Below, one piece after another: positions 45,830 to 54,841 of a stretch of DNA of 64,000 nt (position 1 is its first letter; every line of letters starts with the position of its first letter). The stretch lies in IMG/VR virus record IMGVR_UViG_3300044630_006877. One strand, given 5' to 3'. The translations under genes and the position numbers were made by a program. Origin of the DNA: an uncultured virus (IMG/VR IMGVR_UViG_3300044630_006877). Lineage: Duplodnaviria > Heunggongvirae > Uroviricota > Caudoviricetes. Under the pieces are notes generated by a model. That model was not told where the DNA came from and made no database searches. It saw nothing but the letters and a program-made list of their open reading frames with translations.

Positions 45830-47797
45830 TTAGACCAAGCCACTTGAGGGACCACCGCTTCCGCCGCCACCGCCACCGCCACCGCCCGCAGTGCCGATTC
45901 GGACTAGGGAGACCTTCGACTGCCAGTAGATGGTCTTGTTGAGTTCGCCCGTGCAGTTGATCTTCAGGGCGTTGTTTCCTGTGTCGGCGGTCACGCTGGT
46001 CGCCCAGTTCGCCGCTCCGGCGTCACGAGCATCAATATCCTGCGATGTCGATCCGACCATGGACGTAGTGCCGCCGGTAGAACGCTTGATCACCCCGGTA
46101 AATCGAGTGCCAAAGCTATCACCTACCGTACCCGAGGTACCACCCGTTTGTGTTCCAAGAACCTTGGCTTCGTAATACCAGGTTTCGCCACTAGAAAGGC
46201 CGAGCCGGACGCTGGAGCCATCCATAAACAAATCGACAGGGGAAGCGGAGGACGAAGTGTTGTAGGGGAAGAGATCGGTGTTCTTTGAGTTGTTGACGCC
46301 GATCCAGCGATCCATCTGTCGGACAGGAATACCCGAGGCGCCAATCCCGAAATAGTTGTTCACCGAAGGGGTGATCTGGCTGGCGATCAAACCGCTGGCG
46401 AAGGTCTTGACGCCGTTGACCGTCTGGCTGGTGTTGACGGTGACATAGGTCGCCGAAATATCGGGTATGTCCGACGCCGACAGCGAACCGGAGGACAGGT
46501 TCGTGCCATCACTCTTCAGGATGCCTAAGGCAAAGCTGGTTTGACCCGTACCACCGTTGGCGATGGGGAGCGTGCCAGTAACAGCAGCTCCGCTGCTGAG
46601 GTTGATTGATCCGAAGGCCGGAGAACCGCCGCCGGATGGAATACGCAACACTTGGTTGGCGGTGCCTGCCGCAGTCGCCTGGATGGCTGATGTGCCATTG
46701 CCTAAAAGAACACCGGCGCTGGTGAGTGTTGCAGCACCAGTACCACCATTGCTAACACCAAGCGTACCAGAGATATCTCCTGCTGGAATTTTTCCGTCGC
46801 TTGAGGCAGTAAGCCCAGTGCCGCCGTTGGCTTTGACATAACCAGTCAAATTTGTAAAAATCAGGGTGCCCGTAAAAGTCTTGGCCCCCGAGATCGTCTG
46901 AGTGCCCGACAAAGTCACATAGGTCGCCGAGATGTCGGGGATATCGCCCGAGGTCAGGGTAGCGTAACTCAGGCTGGTACCATTGCCCTTGAGGAAGCCA
47001 GTCCCCACCGTGGTCAGGCCTGTTCCGCCACTGGTCGTGGTAACCGGAGTGATCAACGAAATCGTGTTGCCTGACTTGGTCAGACCGGTTCCCGCTGTGA
47101 TCTGACCTGCGCCGGAAAACTGAGACCACACTAGGGCGGTGGTGCCCAGCACATAGGTGCCAGTCGGTTGTTGCAGCACCCAGCCGGTGGTTGCAGCGAT
47201 AGTGCCTTCTTCCACGAAGACGAATGCGCCACCGTTGAGCTTGGTCGTGCTGTCAGCGTCCGAGGCCCGCGTCATAGCTGAAGCAGCACCATTCCAGACA
47301 TAGATGCCGTTCTGGCTGGCTGTGGTCTGATCCTTCACCAGCACCCGGTCGCCCGAGACCATCGTCACACCGTCAATGGTGCCGCCAGGGGAGGATAGGT
47401 TCAGATTGGTGGTGGTGGCGACATGGACGGAGTTCTTAGGGTCCAAACCCTGCGAGACGGAATCCACATAGTTCTTTGTCGCCCCGTCCTGTGCATTGGT
47501 GGGGTCGGCAAGACCGGTGATCTTCTGGCTGTTGAAAGCAACAGCGGCGGTGGGGGCCGCCATCTGATCCAGCCTGCTCGTCCTAACCTGCGTGTCGAAA
47601 TCGCTGATCTTTGACGCAGTCAAAGTCGGAATGTCGGCAGCAATCAGCGTGACAAAGGTGAGCGTGCCCGAGCCGTTGGTCGAAAGAAGCTGGCGGTTGG
47701 TGCCGTCTGCTGCTGGCAGGATCAATAAAACAGATCCTGTGGCTGGAGCCTTGAGCGTGATTGATCCAGCTGGACTCTTATCAAAATTAATTGGCAC
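45830..47797 (-). CDS. fibre protein (655 aa)
   Basis: GDRVLVKDQT..QNGIYV module, LPIANGGTG repeats, C-terminal domain shared with two neighbours. Confidence 0.8.
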   Translation of the reverse strand: MPINFDKSPAGSITLKAPATGSVLLILPAADGTNRQLLSTNGSGTLTFVTLIAADIPTLTASKISDFDTQVRTSRLDQMAAPTAAVAFNSQKITGLADPTNAQDGATKNYVDSVSQGLDPKNSVHVATTTNLNLSSPGGTIDGVTMVSGDRVLVKDQTTASQNGIYVWNGAASAMTRASDADSTTKLNGGAFVFVEEGTIAATTGWVLQQPTGTYVLGTTALVWSQFSGAGQITAGTGLTKSGNTISLITPVTTTSGGTGLTTVGTGFLKGNGTSLSYATLTSGDIPDISATYVTLSGTQTISGAKTFTGTLIFTNLTGYVKANGGTGLTASSDGKIPAGDISGTLGVSNGGTGAATLTSAGVLLGNGTSAIQATAAGTANQVLRIPSGGGSPAFGSINLSSGAAVTGTLPIANGGTGQTSFALGILKSDGTNLSSGSLSASDIPDISATYVTVNTSQTVNGVKTFASGLIASQITPSVNNYFGIGASGIPVRQMDRWIGVNNSKNTDLFPYNTSSSASPVDLFMDGSSVRLGLSSGETWYYEAKVLGTQTGGTSGTVGDSFGTRFTGVIKRSTGGTTSMVGSTSQDIDARDAGAANWATSVTADTGNNALKINCTGELNKTIYWQSKVSLVRIGTAGGGGGGGGGSGGPSSGLV

Positions 47798-49334
47798 GAC
47801 GCACCTCGACTGTTTTGACGGCTGCCACCCAGCGAATGGATTTGGCTGACTCGCCGGTTACCTGAATGCTGATCGCCCCATTAGTCGTATCCGTGGCAAC
47901 GGAAACATCCCAAGGAACTTCAGACTTGGAAATGCTGGTCTTGCTGACGCCGCCAATGAGGATGTCTACCGTGGCCGCACCGGTATTCCGGAAGGCCACT
48001 CCCTCAAAGCGAAACGCCGCCCTCTCCCCGATAGCATCTTCGCGCTGTGCGCTAACAAGAATATCAAAGAGATAGGTTGCGTTATCAGGTAATACAACCT
48101 GATTGCTGCCAGTCACCGACTGCCCGTCCGTGGTCAACCTTTCCACAGAGGCCGATTGGGTCAGCTTGTGAACAACATAGAGGCCGCACCTCGTGTTGAT
48201 TGATCCGGTCAGGAGGGGACCCTGCACTCGCAGATCCGATCCATTGGTAAATACACCCGTGGCTCCCGCAGGCAAACCAGCCAGGGCATATTGAACGGCT
48301 CCGTCCGCCCCCTGCGCCACGGAAGAACCGGCGCTGCCGCCCGAGACGACCCAGCGTGAGGCGACTGAGTCATAAGTCAAGTCCAGGCTTGTGTTTACGG
48401 GGACTATCGTGACGGATGTGTTCAGTTTCAGGCGATTTCCGACGACGCTGTCGACATCGTTGCTGCTCACCACAAGATTGGCGGTGCCGACATTGAACAG
48501 GCTGACTTTCCTGCCGTCGGCGTGGGAACCGCTGGTGGGGGCGGCGATGCCGGTCAAAGTCGTGGTGGAGGTGACATTCAGCCGGACGAACGAGGCGGCT
48601 TCAATCGCAAGATTGTTGGCATTCCCGCCCGCAAGGGTGAGCGTGGTGGACGGCGACGAGAAAGAGCCGCCCGCCGTCGAACCATCGGTGACCTTCAGGA
48701 TGCCCTTGACCGCCCGCTCAATGCCGACATCGGGAGCGCCCGAGCCGGAAGTCGCCAGCGTCGAGACCTTGCGCGGCCACAACAGCTTCGGGTTGACGAC
48801 ATCAAACGAGGAGAAGTCTTCCTGGAAGACGCCCTGACCGTTGACGAACAGCCCGTTGGAAATCAGCGGCCCGACAATGGCGGTGGCGGGACCGGACGAA
48901 AGGCTCTGGCCGATGTGGACCGAGCAGAGTGTGGCGGTGCCGCTTTGCAAGAGGATCGACTTGCCCGAGCCTGTCTGGCCAGACACCAGAAGCACCTTGT
49001 CGGTGTCGAAGGCGAAGTAGAAGTCGGCGTTGGTCGGGGAGACGCCGCCCGAGGCCACGAGGTAGATCCTGCCGTAGTAGTCGGAGGGGGCCGTGCCGGG
49101 TCCTCCCGGCTTTTTGCCGGGGGCGAGCAGGATGTGCCCGCCCGATCCCGTGACCGTTCTCTCGGGGCCGATGATGGGCAGGGAATTGCCGCCCGTATCA
49201 ACCGACTGGTCAAGCCCGTTGCGGATCAGCTGGTAAAGCCTGGATCGGGTCGCTGGCCCGCTGCTGATCGTCGAGACCACCCAGTCGTTATTGACGGGTG
49301 TGCGATCCCCAAGCTGGTCGATTCTTTTAGCCAT
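47787..49334 (-). CDS. fibre-associated protein
   Basis: Start MAKRIDQL (TAATG coupling); shares HxDGR..NVG domain and C-terminal domain with neighbours. Confidence 0.7.
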   Translation of the reverse strand: MAKRIDQLGDRTPVNNDWVVSTISSGPATRSRLYQLIRNGLDQSVDTGGNSLPIIGPERTVTGSGGHILLAPGKKPGGPGTAPSDYYGRIYLVASGGVSPTNADFYFAFDTDKVLLVSGQTGSGKSILLQSGTATLCSVHIGQSLSSGPATAIVGPLISNGLFVNGQGVFQEDFSSFDVVNPKLLWPRKVSTLATSGSGAPDVGIERAVKGILKVTDGSTAGGSFSSPSTTLTLAGGNANNLAIEAASFVRLNVTSTTTLTGIAAPTSGSHADGRKVSLFNVGTANLVVSSNDVDSVVGNRLKLNTSVTIVPVNTSLDLTYDSVASRWVVSGGSAGSSVAQGADGAVQYALAGLPAGATGVFTNGSDLRVQGPLLTGSINTRCGLYVVHKLTQSASVERLTTDGQSVTGSNQVVLPDNATYLFDILVSAQREDAIGERAAFRFEGVAFRNTGAATVDILIGGVSKTSISKSEVPWDVSVATDTTNGAISIQVTGESAKSIRWVAAVKTVEVRRAN

Positions 49335-49981
49335 TAGGCCGTGACCTCCGTGATCTTGACGGTGGCCACCCAACGGATGGTCTTGGCTGCCTGGCCCGTG
49401 ACGGTGACGACCATGCGCCCGTTGGTGGCGTCAGCCGTGACATTGCAGTCCCAGGCGTCGGTTGTCTTCGCCACGGTGGTCTTGCCGACGGTGCCGACAA
49501 GGGCGGTCGTGGCTGCGGTGGCGTCGCGGGAAATGCAGCCCGAAAAATGCCAGGCTCCATGCTCGCCGGTCGTGTCCGTCCTGCGGGCCACCACCTGGAT
49601 GTCGAAATTGAATGTGGCGTTGTTGGGGAGGACGAAGGTGTTGGAGTTGCTGGCGGCGGCCCCGTCCAGACTCAGCTCTGCGGCGGTGGCCGTGCTGGTT
49701 GAGAAGCGCAGGTTGCCGATGCGGTGCTGGGCGTCTCCCGTCGCCGCAAAGGTGCCGTTCGCATAGGCGTTGCAGGTGACAGAGCGGGCTGTCGCCCCGA
49801 CGCCGACGACCACAAGGCCATACTGATTGAACGGAACGAGCTTGAGGACGGTGCCCGATTCATTCTTCGTGAACAGGACGCCGTCTGCCGTGTTGATCGC
49901 CAACTCGCCGGTTGAGAGAGAACCAGCGGCTGGAGATACCCCTGCCGCAATGTTTCTCTTCAGCCGGATCGTATTGGCCAT
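49334..49981 (-). CDS. fibre protein with Mtd-N-like N-terminus
   Basis: MANTIRLKR...GELAINTADG; shared C-terminal domain. Confidence 0.7.
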   Translation of the reverse strand: MANTIRLKRNIAAGVSPAAGSLSTGELAINTADGVLFTKNESGTVLKLVPFNQYGLVVVGVGATARSVTCNAYANGTFAATGDAQHRIGNLRFSTSTATAAELSLDGAAASNSNTFVLPNNATFNFDIQVVARRTDTTGEHGAWHFSGCISRDATAATTALVGTVGKTTVAKTTDAWDCNVTADATNGRMVVTVTGQAAKTIRWVATVKITEVTA

Positions 49982-51474
49982 TAGAACGAGCCGCCGTCAA
50001 GGGTGCTGTTGGGGTCGAGGTAATCGGTACCGGCGGTGGCGGCGCTGATCGCCGAAGTGCCGTTCCCCTTGAGAATACCCGTCAGGGTGGTGGCCCCCGT
50101 ACCGCCGTTGGCCACGGCCACGGTGCCTGTCACATTGGCGGCGTTGCCGGAGATGTTGCCGGTGATATCCGAGCCAGGAATCGTTGAGGAGCCTGTGAAG
50201 GCCGACGTGCCGTTGCCCTTGAGGTAGCCGGTCAGGGTCGACGCGCCCGATCCACCGTAGGAGACAGAGATGACGGTGCCGTTCCAGGTGCCGGTTGCGA
50301 TGGTGCCGACCGTGGTGATCGTGTTTTGTCCAGCGTAGGTGCTGGCGATGTCGATGGAGTCGGCGTTAACCGTGATGCGGTTGGCGGTGCCCACCACATC
50401 GAGGGTGTTGCCGCTCTTGGTCAAACCGGCCCCAGCCGTGATCTGGCCGGTGCCGCTGAACTGCACGAAGGTCAGGGCGCTGGTGCCCAGCACATAGGAA
50501 CCGGTTGGCTTTTGCAGCACGAAGCCGTCGTTGGTATCGCTGCCTTCCTCGACGAAGAAGAAAGCGCCGCCGTTGAGTTTGGTCGTCGAATCCGAATCGG
50601 TGGCCCTGGTCATCAAGGCGGCTGCGCCGTTGTAGACATAGATGCCGTTTTCGGAAGCGGTTGTCTGCGACTTGACCAAGACGCGGTCGCCATTGACCAT
50701 GGTCACGCCGTCGATGGTCGAGCCGGGCGCCGACAGGGTCAGGTTCGACTGGGTGGCGACCCGGACGGACTGCTTGGGGTCCAGTCCAGCCGACAGGGAG
50801 TCTACATAGTTCTTGGTGGCTGCGTCCTGGGCGTTGACGGGGTCGGCCAGGCTGATGATGCGCTGGCTGTTGAAGCCGACCGAAGCCGACGGGGCGGACA
50901 TCTGATCGAGGCGGCTGGTACGGACTTGAGTGTCGAAGTCCGAAATCTTTGACGCAGTCAAAGTGGGGATGTCGGAGGCGGCGAGCGTGGTCGCCGAAGT
51001 GATCAGACCCTTGGCGTTGACGGTGACCTTGGTGTAGGTGCCTGCCGTTGCACCCGAGTTGGCCAGGGTCAGCGTGATGGAGCTGGTGCCCGAGCCGGTG
51101 GCATCACCGAAGACATTGATCGTCTGATTGCCGGTGATGTATCCCTGATTGCGAACCCAGGCGGTCGTGGCGAGCTTGGTGCTGTTGTCGTTGGCTGTGA
51201 CGGTTAGAGCGGTGGTGGTGCTCTGGAAGTCGATGGTGCCGGTGAAATTAACGGCTTTGCTTAGCGTGGCCGTCCCAGCACCCGCCAACGCCAGATAGGC
51301 GCCTTCGCCCGCAATGGCGATGACCGAACCGGCCGTACCACCCGCCCCGCCCGTGCCGAAGCCGTAGTAGAGGACCTTGTCGACTTCGTTGAATGCCAAC
51401 TCCGCATTGTACAGCGAGGTAGGTGCTCCGGTCGCCCCGGAAGTCCTGCGCTTGATCCTGATCGTGTTCGCCAT
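49981..51474 (-). CDS. fibre protein (497 aa), paralogue of 45830-47797
   Basis: MANTIRIKR N-terminus, GDRVLVK module, C-terminal LDGGSF. Confidence 0.8.
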   Translation of the reverse strand: MANTIRIKRRTSGATGAPTSLYNAELAFNEVDKVLYYGFGTGGAGGTAGSVIAIAGEGAYLALAGAGTATLSKAVNFTGTIDFQSTTTALTVTANDNSTKLATTAWVRNQGYITGNQTINVFGDATGSGTSSITLTLANSGATAGTYTKVTVNAKGLITSATTLAASDIPTLTASKISDFDTQVRTSRLDQMSAPSASVGFNSQRIISLADPVNAQDAATKNYVDSLSAGLDPKQSVRVATQSNLTLSAPGSTIDGVTMVNGDRVLVKSQTTASENGIYVYNGAAALMTRATDSDSTTKLNGGAFFFVEEGSDTNDGFVLQKPTGSYVLGTSALTFVQFSGTGQITAGAGLTKSGNTLDVVGTANRITVNADSIDIASTYAGQNTITTVGTIATGTWNGTVISVSYGGSGASTLTGYLKGNGTSAFTGSSTIPGSDITGNISGNAANVTGTVAVANGGTGATTLTGILKGNGTSAISAATAGTDYLDPNSTLDGGSF

Positions 51475-51740
51475 TACCAGTTGCCTCCATCAAGAATGTG
51501 TTCGTTCGTCCACTTCTGGTCGCCAGAGCGGAACATGAGGACGTCATTACCCGACGGGGCCGCTACCTGAACGTCCGTGAGACCAGCAAGGGTCCTGCCG
51601 ACAGGGGGAATGAGGGGTAGGAGATCGGCAGAGGTGAACTTGCCGGAGGAGGCGTCGAAGTAAACGACTTGGCCGGACTGCGGGACGCCGGTAAAGTCGT
51701 CCTGATCCTGAATTCTGGTGACGATCCGGTAGGCGTTCAT
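51474..51740 (-). CDS. small fibre-associated protein (88 aa)
   Basis: Start re-called to ATG 51740 (GGAGG RBS); LAGLTDV motif, ends LDGGNW. Confidence 0.7.
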   Translation of the reverse strand: MNAYRIVTRIQDQDDFTGVPQSGQVVYFDASSGKFTSADLLPLIPPVGRTLAGLTDVQVAAPSGNDVLMFRSGDQKWTNEHILDGGNW

Positions 51741-51760
51741 CTGTATCCTCCACCGGAATT

Positions 51761-51766
51761 TACACC
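51761..51766 (-). promoter_or_regulatory. putative late-promoter box GGTGTA
   Basis: GGTGTA-N9-GGAGG, just downstream of the MCP terminator. Confidence 0.65.
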
Positions 51767-51769
51767 TTA

Positions 51770-51800
51770 TAAAGCACAAGGGCAGCCTTGCGGCTGCCCT
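51770..51800 (-). terminator. intrinsic terminator after major capsid gene
   Basis: AGGGCAGCC-GCAA-GGCTGCCCT followed by TGTGCTTT. Confidence 0.8.
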
Positions 51801-51828
51801 CGCATGAGTTCTGTTGTCAGGCTTCCCG

Positions 51829-52848
51829 TTACAGGGCGCCCAAGAGAACGCGGCGGTTGTCGAGGATCGAGAAACCGTACTCACCGAAGCCATAGAAGCC
51901 AGCGCGACGCTGACGATGGAAGGTGGGGTCCTCGAACACTTCGATTTCCTGGCGCCATGGCATCACGAAGGAGTCGTCCTTGGTGAGGTCGAGGCCGACG
52001 GCAAGCTCAAGCTTCTCGTCGTTGCCGCTGCCGAAGTCCAGGGTGCCGCCGAGGGTGCTGGTGAAGTAGGTCTGATAGTCCTGACCCACGCCCAACTCGT
52101 CAATGTCGTGCAGGTTCACACCAAAGATCTTGGTGAGACCGTACTCGCTATTGCCTTCGCCGGACAGCATGATCTCGCGACGGGTGAAGTCGTCGACTTG
52201 GCTCAGGTCCCAAGAGCGCATGTCTTCCAGCGCTTCTGGGCTGACGTACAAGTCGGACAGTTGACCGCGGTTGACCGAGGTGCTGTTACCGCCAGCGTTG
52301 CGGCGCATGATGGTTTTCATCAGGGCGACGAGACGCTTGGTGAACAGGCCGGGTGTTGCGGCGCTGTCGTACACCGTCAAGCTGCGGCTGCTGCCAGCCG
52401 ACAGGATGGTGCGCCAGCCGTCATCATTCATCTTGCGGATGAAGGAAGCCTCGAGGACCTGCATGCAGCGGCCCACGATGTCCCAACGGGCGTCGCGAGC
52501 GTACTTCAGGGCGAAGTCGATCGAGTCGGCCACTTCGTAGGTCGGAACCATCACGAAGTCACCGCTGACATGCTTCTCGGGGATGCGACCCTGAGCAGGC
52601 ACGGTGTAGGCCACGAAGTCCTTCTCGGTTCCTGGAGCCAGGAAGTCGAGGGGGAACTCAACAGCGGTACCGGGCGCGAAATAAATCGGCTGGTAGATGC
52701 CGCTGACGATGTCACCCTTCAGGACGCCCTGACGGAGCGGCATGGTGAGGGCTTTGGCCAATTCAGCCTGGGCTGCGCTGGCAGTCTCGAAACCGTGGTC
52801 GCCAGCACGCCGAAGCAGGGCAACCATCTCATCACTGGGCTTCTTCAT
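51829..52848 (-). CDS. major capsid protein (HK97 fold, inferred)
   Basis: 339 aa, strong codon bias, canonical position; LYVSPE..., IFGVNL, GFYGFGEYGF patterns. Confidence 0.85.
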   Translation of the reverse strand: MKKPSDEMVALLRRAGDHGFETASAAQAELAKALTMPLRQGVLKGDIVSGIYQPIYFAPGTAVEFPLDFLAPGTEKDFVAYTVPAQGRIPEKHVSGDFVMVPTYEVADSIDFALKYARDARWDIVGRCMQVLEASFIRKMNDDGWRTILSAGSSRSLTVYDSAATPGLFTKRLVALMKTIMRRNAGGNSTSVNRGQLSDLYVSPEALEDMRSWDLSQVDDFTRREIMLSGEGNSEYGLTKIFGVNLHDIDELGVGQDYQTYFTSTLGGTLDFGSGNDEKLELAVGLDLTKDDSFVMPWRQEIEVFEDPTFHRQRRAGFYGFGEYGFSILDNRRVLLGAL

Positions 52849-52877
52849 CTCATTGATCTCCTTGAGAGGTTACCGGG

Positions 52878-53342
52878 TTACGCCTGGGGAAGGTCGATGT
52901 AAACCTTCACAAAGCCATCGGCGTCCACCTTGTTGGCGAACTGGCCGACCTTGGGATTGGTGCTGGCCACGGTGGTCAGCTTGCCGCTTGCGCCGAGGTA
53001 GGCGGTCACACCGGAGTCGATTGAGCTGGCTTGGCCAGACACGATCATGTCGGTGACAACCCAGCCCTTTTTCAGCAGGGGAGCCTTCTCACCCACGACT
53101 TGCTCGTCGCGCTGGAAGTTCTTCTTCTGGCGGGTCTGGTCGATATTGACGAAAGCCGCGAGGCTGACGCCGACAGGAACCTTGCCGGATGGGTTGGCCA
53201 CAACGGTTGCAACACCAGGCGTATAAAGCGCGGTGCCGCTACCTGCGGTGCTGTAAACCAATACAGCTCCCTTTTCGTGAACATCATTGCACACGAGGGA
53301 GATGTCGGTCTCCAGAATGTGACGATCAGGTTTAAGTGCCAT
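52878..53342 (-). CDS. capsid decoration/cement protein
   Basis: 154 aa between scaffold and MCP; AYLGASGKLT...VGQF...DADGFVKV pattern. Confidence 0.7.
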   Translation of the reverse strand: MALKPDRHILETDISLVCNDVHEKGAVLVYSTAGSGTALYTPGVATVVANPSGKVPVGVSLAAFVNIDQTRQKKNFQRDEQVVGEKAPLLKKGWVVTDMIVSGQASSIDSGVTAYLGASGKLTTVASTNPKVGQFANKVDADGFVKVYIDLPQA

Positions 53343-53370
53343 CTCTCTCGTCTCCTTATAAGTGAGAAAA

Positions 53371-54786
53371 CTACTCGGCTTCAGTCTTGCTCTCAGGCTC
53401 GTCCGCGTTAAAAAACGCAGCGATCTGAGCGGCCACCTTGTTCACACTTTGGTTAGCCGCGGTCCCCGCGAGGGCCGGTTCCTCGCTCGGGATGACGTTC
53501 TCAAGAACGGTAGCAACCACAGAAGCTGCTTCCGGTGGAATGGAACCCTTGTCCATGCGGATGGTGGCCACAGGGGCTGGCTTGGCAGGATTGGCCTCGC
53601 CAAGGCCCTTGGGGGCGGGGGTGATTTCAGATGCGACCTTTTTCAACTCTTCCACCTGAGCCTTGAGGGCCTCGATGGTGGCGGTCAGGTCTTCGGAAGC
53701 CTTGGCCTTGCTGGCCGCTTCCTTGTAGGCGGCGAGTTTGACCGCAAGGTAATCGTTGGTGGCTGCGACTGCGGCGTCGAACTGCTCGTCGGTGAGCGTC
53801 GACAACACAGAGGCGATGGCTACCGCGTGAACCTGCTCGGCTTCCAGCTTCTCGACCACCGAGGCGGTCAGGCGGGCCAGACGCTGCTCGGCTTCGATCT
53901 TCGCCAGCTTCTCGGCTGCGACGACCAATTGAGCTTCGAGTTTCTCGTTCTTGGCTTTGGCCTCAGCGGCTTCCGCCTCGATCTTTTGGACTTCTTCAGC
54001 ATTCATAGTGTGAGTCTCCTCTCTGGGAAGTTCATACCCCGAAGCCCTACTGGCCTCGAGGATTACGCTTTCCGGGTTGGCGGGCTTGCTAACCAGCCCC
54101 TTCCCGGAGAACACGATTCGCCGCAGGACGCGGCCAAGCTTTGATCCCTCAAACTCCCCCCTGCCTCCGTAGGCCCGAAGGTGCTTGGTGAGAAAAGCCG
54201 TCTTGTCGTTACGTTCGATGATACGCATGCCCTTGGAGGTCTGGACCGCGTAGTCAAAACCATAGAAGAGGGCTTCCATCGAAACGAACCACTTGCCGTC
54301 ATCGATCTCGGCGATCAGCTTGTCCATGCGCTCCTGGAGTTCTTTCGACTCCCAGAACTTGTACAGGACAGCGTTGGTGGCGAGATGGTAGTGTTCGGGC
54401 AGCTGTTCGGCGTTCGTCTCGTCGGGGATCGGCTGCATGGAGTCGTCGACTGCGACGGACTTCGTGATGTGGCCGATGATGTCGTGCTGCTCGTGCATGT
54501 AGTTGAACGGCTTGTCTTCGGGGCTGGACTTGGCGAGCCACATGTCCTGCGGGGTGAAGATGTCGTCGTTGAGGTTCCAACCGGCGGTGACCATGATGGT
54601 GCGCAGGTAGTGGAGGTCGATCTGGCCGCGATTCTCGGCTTTGGCGAGAAGGTGCGCCTTGGTGGTGCCATTCAGCTCGAACGCCGCACAGGTGTGCGCG
54701 TCGGCGAGCCAAGCGACGGAAGCGTTGGCCTGGATCTGCTCCTCGAGGCCAGCTTCTAGTTCGGCTTTATAAACGGCGATGTTCAT
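53371..54786 (-). CDS. prohead protease/scaffold fusion (putative)
   Basis: Globular N-terminal domain (WNLNDDIF...VSME...FSGKGLVSKPANP) plus Ala/Glu coiled-coil C-terminus; between portal and MCP. Confidence 0.7.
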   Translation of the reverse strand: MNIAVYKAELEAGLEEQIQANASVAWLADAHTCAAFELNGTTKAHLLAKAENRGQIDLHYLRTIMVTAGWNLNDDIFTPQDMWLAKSSPEDKPFNYMHEQHDIIGHITKSVAVDDSMQPIPDETNAEQLPEHYHLATNAVLYKFWESKELQERMDKLIAEIDDGKWFVSMEALFYGFDYAVQTSKGMRIIERNDKTAFLTKHLRAYGGRGEFEGSKLGRVLRRIVFSGKGLVSKPANPESVILEASRASGYELPREETHTMNAEEVQKIEAEAAEAKAKNEKLEAQLVVAAEKLAKIEAEQRLARLTASVVEKLEAEQVHAVAIASVLSTLTDEQFDAAVAATNDYLAVKLAAYKEAASKAKASEDLTATIEALKAQVEELKKVASEITPAPKGLGEANPAKPAPVATIRMDKGSIPPEAASVVATVLENVIPSEEPALAGTAANQSVNKVAAQIAAFFNADEPESKTEAE

Positions 54787-54811
54787 GAAGAAATAAACCT
54801 CCCTCGGTTTT

Positions 54812-54817
54812 TACACC
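54812..54817 (-). promoter_or_regulatory. putative late-promoter box GGTGTA
   Basis: GGTGTA-N9-GGAGG upstream of ATG 54786. Confidence 0.65.
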
Positions 54818-54841
54818 GGGGAGGGTGGGGTGTTGGACAAA

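Noticed and set aside
48252..52375. Intragenic GGTGTA hexamers (e.g. ~48252, ~52370; also ~2512)
   Set aside because: A hexamer is expected many times by chance in 64 kb, and these are not positioned before gene starts.
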